Source: Alkalispirochaeta sp. (GTDB lineage Bacteria > Spirochaetota > Spirochaetia > DSM-27196 > Alkalispirochaetaceae). From it: a stretch of DNA of 64,000 nt. Below the pieces are notes generated by a model that did not search any database, had not been told where the DNA came from, and saw nothing but the letters and a program-made list of their open reading frames with translations. The translations under genes and the position numbers were made by a program. Shown piece after piece: positions 27,470 to 36,604 of this stretch (position 1 is the stretch's first letter; every line of letters begins with the position of its first letter). The stretch spans positions 64,001 to 128,000 of the forward strand of contig CBDESZ010000016.1 of the NCBI GenBank assembly GCA_965242725.1, in the 5' to 3' direction.

Positions 27470-28728
27470 GCACCTATCAGGCGGAGCACATCACCCACCG
27501 TCACGAAGAGATCATGGAAAACATCGAGCGAAGACGCCGGCGCGGTAAGGTATGGCACGTCCTCTTCTACATCGCCACGGCAATATCGATTCTCGCCCTC
27601 ATCGTCCTTTTGCTGAACATTTTCAACAGCGTCTTCGGCTTTGTACTGATCACCAACGAGGTGGAACCGGAAGCACTCGTAGAGGGGGGCGATCTGGAAT
27701 CCCTGTCCCGAGAGGAACTTATCGGGCTTCTGGAAGAATACCTTTCCACCGGTCTGATTCGCCGATTCAACCATGAAGATCCATTGGCGGAGCGCAGCGT
27801 CGCCGATCTTGCGGCACTGGTCCGGCAGCGCATCGTTAATCCAACGATTGTGGAGGCGTGGTCGCTCAGGGATTCACTCTTCAATCAGGGGGAGATCAGT
27901 GAAGTCAGGGATAACACGCCTGGGGCGCGCCTGCAGTTCCGCAGCTGGCTCACTCCGTCGTTTCTCGTCTCGCCCCAGAATCCGCGTCCTCAGCTGGCGG
28001 GAATACGGACCGCCTTTCTCGGATCCCTCTGGATGATCCTCATCGTCATCGCCGTCTCCTTTCCCGTCGGCGTTGCCGCGGCGATCTATCTTGAGGAGTA
28101 CGCCCGGGGCGACCGGTGGTACAACAAGGTCATCGAGGTCAATATTTACAACCTCGCCGGCGTTCCCTCCATCATATACGGGCTGCTGGGTCTGGCGGTG
28201 TTTGTCCGCATGCTGGAGCCGATCACCAGCGGAACTCTCTTCGGCGCCGCCGATCCGACGACGGCAAATGGACGGACCATCCTTTCTGCGGGACTGACGC
28301 TGTCGCTGCTTATCCTGCCGATCATCATCATTAACTCCCGGGAAGCGATCAAGGCGGTACCCAACAGCCTCCGCGACTCCAGTTACGGCCTCGGCGCAAC
28401 GAAGTGGCAGACCATCTGGCATCACGTCCTGCCGGCATCCTTTGACCGGATTCTCACCGGCACCATTCTCGCCGTATCGCGGGCAATCGGGGAGACGGCT
28501 CCTCTCGTCGTCGTCGGGGCATCCACCTTCATCACGGTAGACCCTGAATCACTCTTTTCCAAGTTCACCACGCTGCCCATTCAAATCTACCAGTGGTCGG
28601 CACGGCCGCAGTCACAATTTCGAAATGTCGCCGCCGCGGCAATCGTCGTACTTCTCATTCTCATGCTGACGATGAACGCATCGGCAATCATTCTGCGCAA
28701 TCGTATTTCAAAGAAAAGGAGAGTCTGA
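27466..28728 (+). CDS. pstA: Phosphate ABC permease
   Basis: AIYLEEY, NLAGVPSIIYG, SRAIGETAPL. Confidence 0.93.
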   Translation: MSTYQAEHITHRHEEIMENIERRRRRGKVWHVLFYIATAISILALIVLLLNIFNSVFGFVLITNEVEPEALVEGGDLESLSREELIGLLEEYLSTGLIRRFNHEDPLAERSVADLAALVRQRIVNPTIVEAWSLRDSLFNQGEISEVRDNTPGARLQFRSWLTPSFLVSPQNPRPQLAGIRTAFLGSLWMILIVIAVSFPVGVAAAIYLEEYARGDRWYNKVIEVNIYNLAGVPSIIYGLLGLAVFVRMLEPITSGTLFGAADPTTANGRTILSAGLTLSLLILPIIIINSREAIKAVPNSLRDSSYGLGATKWQTIWHHVLPASFDRILTGTILAVSRAIGETAPLVVVGASTFITVDPESLFSKFTTLPIQIYQWSARPQSQFRNVAAAAIVVLLILMLTMNASAIILRNRISKKRRV

Positions 28729-28731
28729 TCG

Positions 28732-29487
28732 ATGGACACGACCCTCGCCATGCAGACAAGGAATCTGAACTTCTACTATGGAGACTTTCAGGCGCTCTTT
28801 GACGTGAGTCTCGACTTCGTATCAAGAAACGTCACCGCCCTCATCGGGCCGTCGGGTTGCGGCAAGAGCACCCTCCTGCGCTGCCTCAACCGTATGAACG
28901 ACCTCATTCCCGATACACGGGCTGAAGGGGACGTCTTCTTCCGGGACCAGAACGTCTACGGTTCCAACGTCGACCCCGTGGAAATCCGGCGCCGGGTGGG
29001 TATGGTCTTCCAGAAACCCAACCCCTTTCCCAAAAGCGTCTATGAAAACATCGCCTGGGGGGCACGCATAAACGGCTACAGGGGCGATATGGATGAGCTG
29101 GTGGAAACGAGCCTCAGGAAATGCGCCCTCTGGAACGAAGTAAAGGACAAACTGAAACAGAACGCCCTGGGCCTCTCGGGAGGACAGCAGCAACGCCTGT
29201 GCATCGCCCGAACCATCGCGGTGGAACCGGACGTGATTCTCATGGACGAGCCGACGAGCGCCCTCGATCCCATTTCCACGGCGAAAATCGAGGACCTCAT
29301 CACCGAGCTCAAGGAGCGTTACACAATTATCATCGTGACCCACAACATGCAGCAGGCGGGGCGCGTCTCCGATCAGACCGCCTTCTTCTACGAGGGTGTT
29401 ATAATTGAAGCGGGCATCACGAGAGACATCTTTTTCAACCCCAGAGAACCGCGGACGGAAGCGTATATTTCCGGACGGTTCGGTTGA
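28732..29487 (+). CDS. pstB: Phosphate ABC ATPase
   Basis: [37 protein letters not shown]. Confidence 0.96.
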   Translation: MDTTLAMQTRNLNFYYGDFQALFDVSLDFVSRNVTALIGPSGCGKSTLLRCLNRMNDLIPDTRAEGDVFFRDQNVYGSNVDPVEIRRRVGMVFQKPNPFPKSVYENIAWGARINGYRGDMDELVETSLRKCALWNEVKDKLKQNALGLSGGQQQRLCIARTIAVEPDVILMDEPTSALDPISTAKIEDLITELKERYTIIIVTHNMQQAGRVSDQTAFFYEGVIIEAGITRDIFFNPREPRTEAYISGRFG

Positions 29488-29506
29488 CGGGCAGGAGGAC
29501 ATCGCA

Positions 29507-30169
29507 ATGCAATACCGACACCATTTTCAGGAACAGTTGCACCACATGTATGAGGATGTACTCAAGATGGGTACCCTCGTGGAGGAGGCGCTGCGCAAGG
29601 CGCTGAAAGCGGTCACCAATGACGACCGCTCCCTTGCCGAGAGCGTCAAGAGAAACGACGACACCATCGACGCCCTGCAGTTTGAAATCGATCGGCGATG
29701 CACAGAACTCATCGCCACGGAACAGCCCGTGGCGACGGACCTGCGGGAAATCCTCGTCGCCATGAAAATAGCCGCGGACCTTGAGCGCATCGGCGACCAC
29801 GCCCGTCATGTAGTTCGCGTCATCGACGAGCTCACGGATGTCGCATTTCGCGATACCCTTCCCCGTTTTCAGGCGATGACGGAGATGGGGATCGGCATGG
29901 TCCACGACTCAATCACCGCCTACGTCAATCATGATGCCGAGAGTGCCCGAAAGGTCGCCCGCCGGGATGATCAAATCGATGAAATGCACCGCGCCCTCTA
30001 CGGAGAGCTGATTGAGATCATCAAGAAGAATCCCGACCGCGCGGAAGAGGGCACTGCCCTTATATTTCTGAACCGCTTCCTGGAACGGCTTGGTGACCAC
30101 GTGACCAACATGTGCGAGTGGATCGTCTACGCCAAGACGGGAGAACACCTGGAGCTCAACAAGATCTGA
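29507..30169 (+). CDS. phoU: Phosphate signalling protein PhoU
   Basis: QPVATDLR, DLERIGDH, LERLGDHVTNMCEW. ATG 29507 after GGAGG. Confidence 0.95.
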   Translation: MQYRHHFQEQLHHMYEDVLKMGTLVEEALRKALKAVTNDDRSLAESVKRNDDTIDALQFEIDRRCTELIATEQPVATDLREILVAMKIAADLERIGDHARHVVRVIDELTDVAFRDTLPRFQAMTEMGIGMVHDSITAYVNHDAESARKVARRDDQIDEMHRALYGELIEIIKKNPDRAEEGTALIFLNRFLERLGDHVTNMCEWIVYAKTGEHLELNKI

Positions 30170-30181
30170 AGGGCTCCATGA

Positions 30182-30218
30182 CGGGCGGGGTGCGTGCAGA
30201 CTACCCGCCCGATTTTGT
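30182..30218 (+). terminator. Possible intrinsic terminator after phoU
   Basis: CGGGCGGG...CCCGCCCG stem followed by ATTTTGT. Confidence 0.5.
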
Positions 30219-30234
30219 GTTACAGTTCCGGTAA

Positions 30235-31512
30235 ATGGCCGATACATTTCCACGGGACCTCCAGTACGCAAAATTTTCCGCCTACGGCTTTCTCAAGAAT
30301 CTGCGCTTCTTTGAGCCGTTCATGATTCTCTTTTTACTGGAGCAGGGGCTCTCCTATTTGCAGGTCGGTACGCTGTACGCCGTCAGGGAAATTACCGTCA
30401 ACATTCTGGAAATACCCAGCGGTGCCGTTGCAGACGGACTCGGCCGACGTCGCACGATGGTGGCCGCCTTTGCGGGATACCTCGTTTCCTTTGTCTTTTT
30501 CTGGTTTGGATCGGGTATGCCCCTGTTTCTCGTCGCGATGCTCTTCTTTTCCGTCGGAGAGGCGTTCCGGACGGGAACGCACAAGGCGATGATCTTCACC
30601 TACCTACGCCTCAATAATCTGCAGGAGTACGGGAACGACTACTACGGCCACACTCGCTCGTGGTCGCAAATGGGGTCCGCTCTTTCGGCGATCATCGCAT
30701 CGGCCATCGTATTCATTTCACGGGACTATCGTTCGGTATTCCTCTTTTCCATGATTCCCTACGTCCTCGATCTCGTTCTGATGATGACATACCCCGCCGC
30801 CCTCGACGGATCGATAGAGAAAATCACGTGGAAGTCGGTGGCGGAGAACTTCCGGAACGTTGGAAAAGGCTTGCGTGAGACGTTCCGGCGCCCGGGAGCG
30901 GCCCGGGCCGTCCTGAGCGCCTCTTCCTACGGCGGATATTACAAGGGCGCCAAGGATTATCTCCAGCCGATGATTTCCGCCGCCGCTCTCGCACTGCCGG
31001 TAGCCCACACCCTCTCGGCGCAGCGCCGGGAGGCGGTCCTGATCGGTGCCGCCTATACCCTCATCTTTCTGATGACCTCTCTGGCGTCACGAAAATCGTC
31101 GGTCGTCGCCGGGTGGTTTCGGTCTTCCGAAGGAGCCCTCAACATCCTGCTCCTTCTCGGACTCGGCCTCGGTCTGGCCGCGGGCATATCCCGGTGGCAA
31201 GGCCGCACGATGATTCCCGTCGTCGTCTTTCTCATGATTTACGTCCTGCAGAACCTCCGTCACCCCGTCGGCGTTTCCGTCGTGGCAAACCGAATTCCCG
31301 AAGACGTTCTGGCAACGATACTGTCCGCCCAATCACAGTTGCAGAGTCTCTTTGCGGCCATCGTCGCCCTTCTTGTAGGCGCCACGACGGACTATATGGG
31401 CGGCAACGTCGGTATGGGACTGACCCTCGCGGCGGGTATGGGCGTCCTCCTCTATCCCCTACTGCGTCTCGCGCCGCAACGGCAGGCAACGGCTGCGGAC
31501 GGTGAGAGGTGA
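30235..31512 (+). CDS. MFS transporter
   Basis: About 12 TM segments; EIPSGAVADGLGRR motif A. Confidence 0.85.
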   Translation: MADTFPRDLQYAKFSAYGFLKNLRFFEPFMILFLLEQGLSYLQVGTLYAVREITVNILEIPSGAVADGLGRRRTMVAAFAGYLVSFVFFWFGSGMPLFLVAMLFFSVGEAFRTGTHKAMIFTYLRLNNLQEYGNDYYGHTRSWSQMGSALSAIIASAIVFISRDYRSVFLFSMIPYVLDLVLMMTYPAALDGSIEKITWKSVAENFRNVGKGLRETFRRPGAARAVLSASSYGGYYKGAKDYLQPMISAAALALPVAHTLSAQRREAVLIGAAYTLIFLMTSLASRKSSVVAGWFRSSEGALNILLLLGLGLGLAAGISRWQGRTMIPVVVFLMIYVLQNLRHPVGVSVVANRIPEDVLATILSAQSQLQSLFAAIVALLVGATTDYMGGNVGMGLTLAAGMGVLLYPLLRLAPQRQATAADGER

Positions 31513-31565
31513 GCGGTGAGCGATCCGACGTGACTCAACCCCCATCAGTCCGCGAAGGAGCGTTC

Positions 31566-32804
31566 ATGAAGAAGCAGGTCCTCCTAATCGTATCTTTCCT
31601 CTCCTTTATTGCCCTCGGCCTCCCCGACGGAATGCTCGGCGTTGCCTGGCCCTCGATGAGCGCCACCTTTGGAATTCCCCTCGGGAGTCTCGGCGTCCTG
31701 ATGGCGGGATTCACCGTCGGATACGTCGTCACCACGGCGCTCATCGGTTCGCTGATACACCACTTCGGGTACGCAATGGTGATGATCGCCTCGGCGGCAA
31801 GCCTCGCCGTCGGCGGAGCGCTTCTTGCCGGCGCCCCGTGGTTACCCGTGGCGATGGCGGCGACAATCTTTCTCGGTATAGGGTCCGGTCTCCTTGACGG
31901 AGGACTGAACGCATATGGCGCCACCTATTTCCGTCCCCGCGACCTCAACTGGCTCCACGCATTCTACGGAATCGGGGCAGCCCTCGGCCCGGCGATCATG
32001 ACGCCCATGATCCTTTCCGGACCGGGCTGGCGCGGCGGCTACGTCGTTCTCGTCGCAGTCGCGTCGGGAACACTCGCGCTTTTTGTACTCACCCGGCGAT
32101 CCTGGGCGGATCAGCCCGCCCGGGAGGCGCGCAAGGCCGCGCAGAAAACGGCGGTTGGAGAAAACACAGTTGGTGCGGAACGCAACGCACCGGAGAACAC
32201 GGACGGGGCCCCCGATGAGACGACGACGGTTCCTCGGTCAAAAATCCGCCTTCGCCTCATCGCAGTCGGCTCCGTGGCAATCTTCTTTCTGTACACGGGT
32301 CTTGAGGTGGTTGCGGGACAGTGGGCGTTCAGTCTCTTTACCATTAATCGGGGCATCAGCGCCGCCCGGGCCGGAACATGGGTGGGAATCTACTGGACCG
32401 CCCTGACGGTGGGACGCATCCTCTTCGGTTGGGTCTCGGAGCACCTGCCCGTTCCGGTCGTCCTCCGGGGCGCCCTGATCGGCGTGGGTCTCGGTATCGT
32501 TCTTCTCATTCCGACGGGAATGGCGCTCCTCGCTCCGGTGGGGCTCGCAACGCTTGGTTTTTCTCTCGCTCCGATTTTCCCGCTTCTTATCGGAGAGACG
32601 CCGCGACGGATCGGTGCCCGCCGGGCCAATCATCTCATCGGTTTTCAGATCGCCGCCGCAAACATCGGTGCGGTTTCCATTGTTGCCGCCGTAGGTCTCG
32701 CCGTTGAGACGATCGGGCTGGAAGTGGTTCCCTGGTCACTGCTCATTACCTTTAGCGTCTTTATCATCCTTCACGAGGCGCTGGTACTCCTCAGTCGTCC
32801 CTAA
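31566..32804 (+). CDS. MFS transporter (FucP-like)
   Basis: LGLPDGMLGVAWP, NWLHAFYGIGA.LGP, about 12 TM segments. ATG 31566 after GAAGGAG. Confidence 0.85.
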   Translation: MKKQVLLIVSFLSFIALGLPDGMLGVAWPSMSATFGIPLGSLGVLMAGFTVGYVVTTALIGSLIHHFGYAMVMIASAASLAVGGALLAGAPWLPVAMAATIFLGIGSGLLDGGLNAYGATYFRPRDLNWLHAFYGIGAALGPAIMTPMILSGPGWRGGYVVLVAVASGTLALFVLTRRSWADQPAREARKAAQKTAVGENTVGAERNAPENTDGAPDETTTVPRSKIRLRLIAVGSVAIFFLYTGLEVVAGQWAFSLFTINRGISAARAGTWVGIYWTALTVGRILFGWVSEHLPVPVVLRGALIGVGLGIVLLIPTGMALLAPVGLATLGFSLAPIFPLLIGETPRRIGARRANHLIGFQIAAANIGAVSIVAAVGLAVETIGLEVVPWSLLITFSVFIILHEALVLLSRP

Positions 32805-32917
32805 TGTATACACATTCGTGATGCAAAACGGGGTCGAAGTTCCCGCAGGGCGGGGGCGGAGAGATCGAGCCCGTTCTGCAACAACATTCTCTATACCGTC
32901 CGGATAACAAGAGGTGA

Positions 32918-33319
32918 TTACTGCCGCCGGTATATGAGGTATGAAACACGCAGGAGCGCGCTCGATAAAAACAGCACGATCCCAAGGGAAAAAATCACCG
33001 GAATCTCCCAGTCTGGATTGACCGCAAAGGTGACGAGCATGACCCCGGAAAGTATGAACAGCGTCACCCGGACGGTGAAGAGCGCAGCCTTACCCGCCAT
33101 CATCACGTCCCGCTCGTCGTAGAGAACCATTTCACGTTCTTCGGCACGACGTCGCTTGCGCCGCCGTCCGATGGAAGCAACCGTCACCACCCCGAGACCG
33201 GCAATGAGAAAGCTGCTTCCCGACGCGACGTCGCCCGCGGCGATCCGGACCGCGCCGGCAATGATCATTGCGACGATAAACACGACCTGCACGCCAATTT
33301 TCACCGTTCGACTATTCAT
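32918..33319 (-). CDS. DUF2178-like membrane protein
   Basis: Four TM segments with a central DER motif (YDERDVMMAGKAA). Coupled to the XRE regulator. Confidence 0.7.
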   Translation of the reverse strand: MNSRTVKIGVQVVFIVAMIIAGAVRIAAGDVASGSSFLIAGLGVVTVASIGRRRKRRRAEEREMVLYDERDVMMAGKAALFTVRVTLFILSGVMLVTFAVNPDWEIPVIFSLGIVLFLSSALLRVSYLIYRRQ

Positions 33320-33518
33320 CGCTCTCATCCTCCAACTCAAAGAGCTCTTCGACGGTGCATTGAAAAACCCGGGCGAGCTGAAGCGCCAGAACGAGGGATG
33401 GCAAGTACCTCCCCCGCTCGATGGAGATGATCGTCTGCCGTGTAACCGCAGTGCGCTTCGCCAGCTCGACCTGAGTCATTCCCTTTTCTTCCCGTCGCAC
33501 CCGCACATTGTTAACCAT
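33312..33518 (-). CDS. XRE-family HTH transcriptional regulator
   Basis: MVNNVRVRREEKGMTQVELAKRTAVTRQTIISIERGRYLPSLVLALQLARVF. Confidence 0.92.
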   Translation of the reverse strand: MVNNVRVRREEKGMTQVELAKRTAVTRQTIISIERGRYLPSLVLALQLARVFQCTVEELFELEDESDE

Positions 33519-33533
33519 AGGAACCACACCACC

Positions 33534-33598
33534 ATGTAAAGCCTGCTTTACATCGATGATACACCGGGCACGGGGGAATGTAAAGGCTGTTTTACATT
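33534..33598 (-). promoter_or_regulatory. Promoter with two palindromic operators (probable XRE autoregulation)
   Basis: ATGTAAAG-CCTG-CTTTACAT (33534-33553) and AATGTAAA-GGCTGT-TTTACATT (33577-33598). Minus strand reads TTTACA-N17-TATCAT. Confidence 0.8.
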
Positions 33599-33604
33599 TT
33601 TCCG

Positions 33605-34045
33605 CTACCCCACGGCCTTCCGTACAAGCTCCTTGATTTTCTCTTCTTCTGCAGGCGTCATCTGTGTCAGGGCGTACGCGGTGGCCCACATGTTTCCGTC
33701 GTCGAGATTTGCCGTGTCATTGAACCCGAAAGTGGCGTACCGGGAATCAAACTTGCCCGCCCCCTGGAAAAAACAGATAACCTTCCCATCCCGCGCATAG
33801 GCGGGCATGCCGTACCACGTCTTGGGCCACAGGTCAGGTGCCGTCGCGGTGACGATCTCATGAATTTTCTCCGCCATGGTCTTGTCCGTTTCGGCCATCG
33901 CCGCGATCGCGTCCCGGACCTGCTGTTCTCCCGCGTCGCGTTTCCGGCTTGCCCGCTTTTCCACAGCCAGTTCTCTCGCCCGGGCGTTCATTGCGTCCCG
34001 TTCCTGCCTGGAAAATCCCGTCTTCCCGGAATCATTTGCCGCCAT
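33605..34045 (-). CDS. DUF1801 (YdhG-like) protein
   Basis: APDLWPKTWYGMPAYARDGKVICFFQ...RYATFGF. Confidence 0.85.
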   Translation of the reverse strand: MAANDSGKTGFSRQERDAMNARARELAVEKRASRKRDAGEQQVRDAIAAMAETDKTMAEKIHEIVTATAPDLWPKTWYGMPAYARDGKVICFFQGAGKFDSRYATFGFNDTANLDDGNMWATAYALTQMTPAEEEKIKELVRKAVG

Positions 34046-34076
34046 AATTACCTCCTGTAGTGACATTCAGGCTAAT

Positions 34077-34118
34077 TAGCTTTATAATCAAGATACTTTA
34101 CTATAAAATATATGTCAA
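34077..34118 (-). promoter_or_regulatory. sigma70 promoter for the DUF1801 gene with AT-rich MarR-like inverted repeats
   Basis: TTGACA(34118-34113)-N17-TATCTT(34095-34090). Imperfect palindromes TACTTTACTATAAAATA and AGCTTTATAATCAAGAT. Confidence 0.55.
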
Positions 34119-34277
34119 CCTGTTTTTACTGTCCAAAAGCGTGCGGGTGGGCATGGAGCAACCTATTGTGAATAATACATTTTCGACGGCCTGTTTCGGA
34201 AAATCCATTGAATCCGGGCTTTGCAGGTACAATCCTTTGAAGGACAGTGACTTTGTCAGTCGGTCACCCGCACGGTT

Positions 34278-34772
34278 GTGGACACTACACAGAGGTTGGT
34301 TGTGAATTCAAAAGAAGAATTGGAAACTGCAGTCCTGATGGCTGCCCGGGACTATGGAATCGGTACGATCCTCTTCCGCAACGCCCTGGCAAAAAAACTG
34401 GGCCTCAACCTGACGGAGTCCCTGTGCCTGACGATACTTGGAATCAAGAATGTCTCATCCCCGTCAGAACTCGCCCGATATACCGGCCTTACCACCGGCG
34501 CAACGACGACAATGCTGGACCGGCTGGAAAAAAAGCATTTCCTCCGGCGACGGGCCAATCCCGACGACCGTCGCGGCGTACTCATTGAAATCGATGACCA
34601 TTACTCCGCGCTCGCCGCGGATCTGGTAAAGGGAATACAAAAAGCCTACCGGGATGTGATCGAAGGCTACTCCGTGGAGGAGCTGGCGGTCATCAGGGAC
34701 TTTCTCATCCGCTTCACCGGAAATCTGACCGAGGAGTCAGAACGGATCTCCGGCCGGGACGTGACTATATGA
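34278..34772 (+). CDS. MarR-family regulator
   Basis: PSELARYTGLTTGATTTMLDRLEK...DDRRGVLI. Confidence 0.9.
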   Translation: MDTTQRLVVNSKEELETAVLMAARDYGIGTILFRNALAKKLGLNLTESLCLTILGIKNVSSPSELARYTGLTTGATTTMLDRLEKKHFLRRRANPDDRRGVLIEIDDHYSALAADLVKGIQKAYRDVIEGYSVEELAVIRDFLIRFTGNLTEESERISGRDVTI

Positions 34773-35262
34773 CACCCGCCGCGCCGGCGTCGCACATCCG
34801 GCGGGCGTGTTGCCCGACGCGAAGCAGGCGCTTCCGCACGCCGGAGATCGACATCCCCTGCCGCGCGGCGGTCTCGGCGAGGGTGTTCCCGTTGAGGTAG
34901 TGTTCCAGGGCGGTCTGCCGGTGCTCATCGCTCAAACCGGCCAGGATCGATTCGGCCACGGCTCGGTCCAGAATTCGGTCCGTCCCGTCATCATCGGAAG
35001 AAATCAGATCAAGGGCATCGCCGCCGGTGGTCGTCGCCATGCGCCGCGCCCTCCGGAGCCGATTCAGACACACCCGGGTCGCCATCGTGTAGAGAAGACT
35101 TGACGGCGCGTGATCGTTCAGCCGTTCCCGATACTCGAGAACCCGTACAAAGGTGTCCTGCATCGCATCCGCCGCCGCCTCTTCGTCCCCGAGCAGGGCG
35201 CGACAGCGCCGCATAACCATCGGTCCATACGTTCTATAGAGTCGTTCCACATCAAGTGCCAT
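34765..35262 (-). CDS. ECF sigma-70 factor
   Basis: Region 2 LYRTYGPMVMRRC...AADAMQDTFV...LYTMATRVCLN; region 4 TLAETAARQGMSISGVRKRL. Confidence 0.88.
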   Translation of the reverse strand: MALDVERLYRTYGPMVMRRCRALLGDEEAAADAMQDTFVRVLEYRERLNDHAPSSLLYTMATRVCLNRLRRARRMATTTGGDALDLISSDDDGTDRILDRAVAESILAGLSDEHRQTALEHYLNGNTLAETAARQGMSISGVRKRLLRVGQHARRMCDAGAAGVI

Positions 35263-35459
35263 CGTTCCTCATTGCCTCCTGTGTTGAGGCAAGCCTACGG
35301 GCGCTCCGCAGACGGAACTATCGGTATATATTCGTATTTCGCATGTGCAACGCCGGCTAGGAAGAAATTCGTATTCCCTTTTGGGAGTCATTGAGGTTGA
35401 ACCCGAGGGTCACAACGAGCCCGCCCGCTCCTGTGGTGCCCCGCCTGCTCCTGCCGCCC

Positions 35460-35550
35460 GCCACCGGGCCGGGTCAACGAGCGGGCGGCATGAACCGCTC
35501 CGCCACCGTGCCGGGTCATTGAGCGGGCGGCATGAACCGCTCCGCTACCG
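35460..35550. repeat. 42-bp tandem duplication spanning the LysR stop codon
   Basis: GCCACCG(G/T)GCCGGGTCA(AC/TT)GAGCGGGCGGCATGAACCGCTCC twice (35460-35501, 35502-35543), plus a partial third copy. Confidence 0.9.
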
Positions 35551-36423
35551 TTCTTCTCAGCTCCGCAAGAAATGCCCGGGCGGCGGGGGACAGGTACGCG
35601 TTCCTGCGATAAATGACACCCACTTCATTCCCGGGAAGCCACGGGAGGCGCCGTTCGGTGAGGCGTCCGCTTTCTATCTCATGGACGGCGTTGAGCCGGG
35701 GTATGACGGAAACGCCCAGCCCGATTTCGGTGTAGCGCTTGATCACCTCAATGCTGCCCACCCGCATCACCGTCGCCGGCTCAACTCCGCCTGCACCGAT
35801 GTCCCGCAACAGACGGTTGTGGCTGACGCTGCCGCTGTGGAGGAGCAACAGCGGGTAGCCCGCAATGTCCCCGGGCGCCACCTTTTCCTTTTTCGCCAAC
35901 GGGTGATCGGGCCGGCAGATGAGGACATCCTCCCGGTCGTAAAGCTTCTGTGACTCCAGTCCGGCCCCCGACACGGGCAGCGTCACAACGCCAAGTTCAA
36001 CCTGACTCGCCACCACCCACCTTGCCACTTCACTGGAGTGGCTGTTGGCAAGGTGAATCGCGACGCCGGGATAGGAGTTCTGGAAGGAGGCCGATCACAT
36101 CGGGTAATACGTGAAGGCAGTTGCTGTCGTTGGTACCTATTTCCACCGTACCGCGCCGAAGCCCCTGAAGCGCCTCAATTTCGTCCCCTCGTATGGCCAA
36201 TGAGATCGAGCACCTCTTCCGCCCGGGCGAGAAGCATCTTTCCCGCCGCCGTCAGGACGAGGCTCCGGGGCTTCCGCTCAAAGAGCTTCTCGTCCAGTTC
36301 ATCTTCCAAGGCCTTTATCTGGGTGCTCACGGCGGGCTGTGTCAAATGTAGTTGCTGCGACGCCCTGGTAAGATTCCCTTCTCTGGCAACGCAGACAAAA
36401 CTTCGCAACTGGTACAGTTCCAT
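35516..36423 (-). pseudogene. LysR-family regulator with two +1 frameshifts
   Basis: HTH ORF 36175-36423 and substrate-domain ORF 35516-36028. Removing one G near 36185 and one near 36090 restores ...TRDEIEALQGLRRGTVEIG...LPDVIASFQNSYPGVAIHL.... Confidence 0.8.
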
Positions 36424-36518
36424 TTATCCTCCTCGGCCTCTGCAACGTGCGCCCCTGACGGGGCGGACGTGATGGGTGCTGCCCGTACGGTCGTCATGAC
36501 TGCCACGATCGCCTAACT

Positions 36519-36560
36519 ATAAATTATTTTAATGATAATCATTAAAACTTTCAATTTTAC
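36519..36560. promoter_or_regulatory. AT-rich regulatory site between lysR and gap
   Basis: Perfect inverted repeat TTTTAATGAT-A-ATCATTAAAA (36527-36547), overlapping a LysR-type T-N11-A box ATAAATTATTTTAAT. Confidence 0.6.
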
Positions 36561-36604
36561 TAATGGTCCGGAAGACCGTATTCTCTGATTGAAAGGAGTT
36601 CTTC

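Noticed and set aside
35460..35550. CRISPR mini-array
   Set aside because: The units are directly tandem with no spacers, and there are no cas genes.
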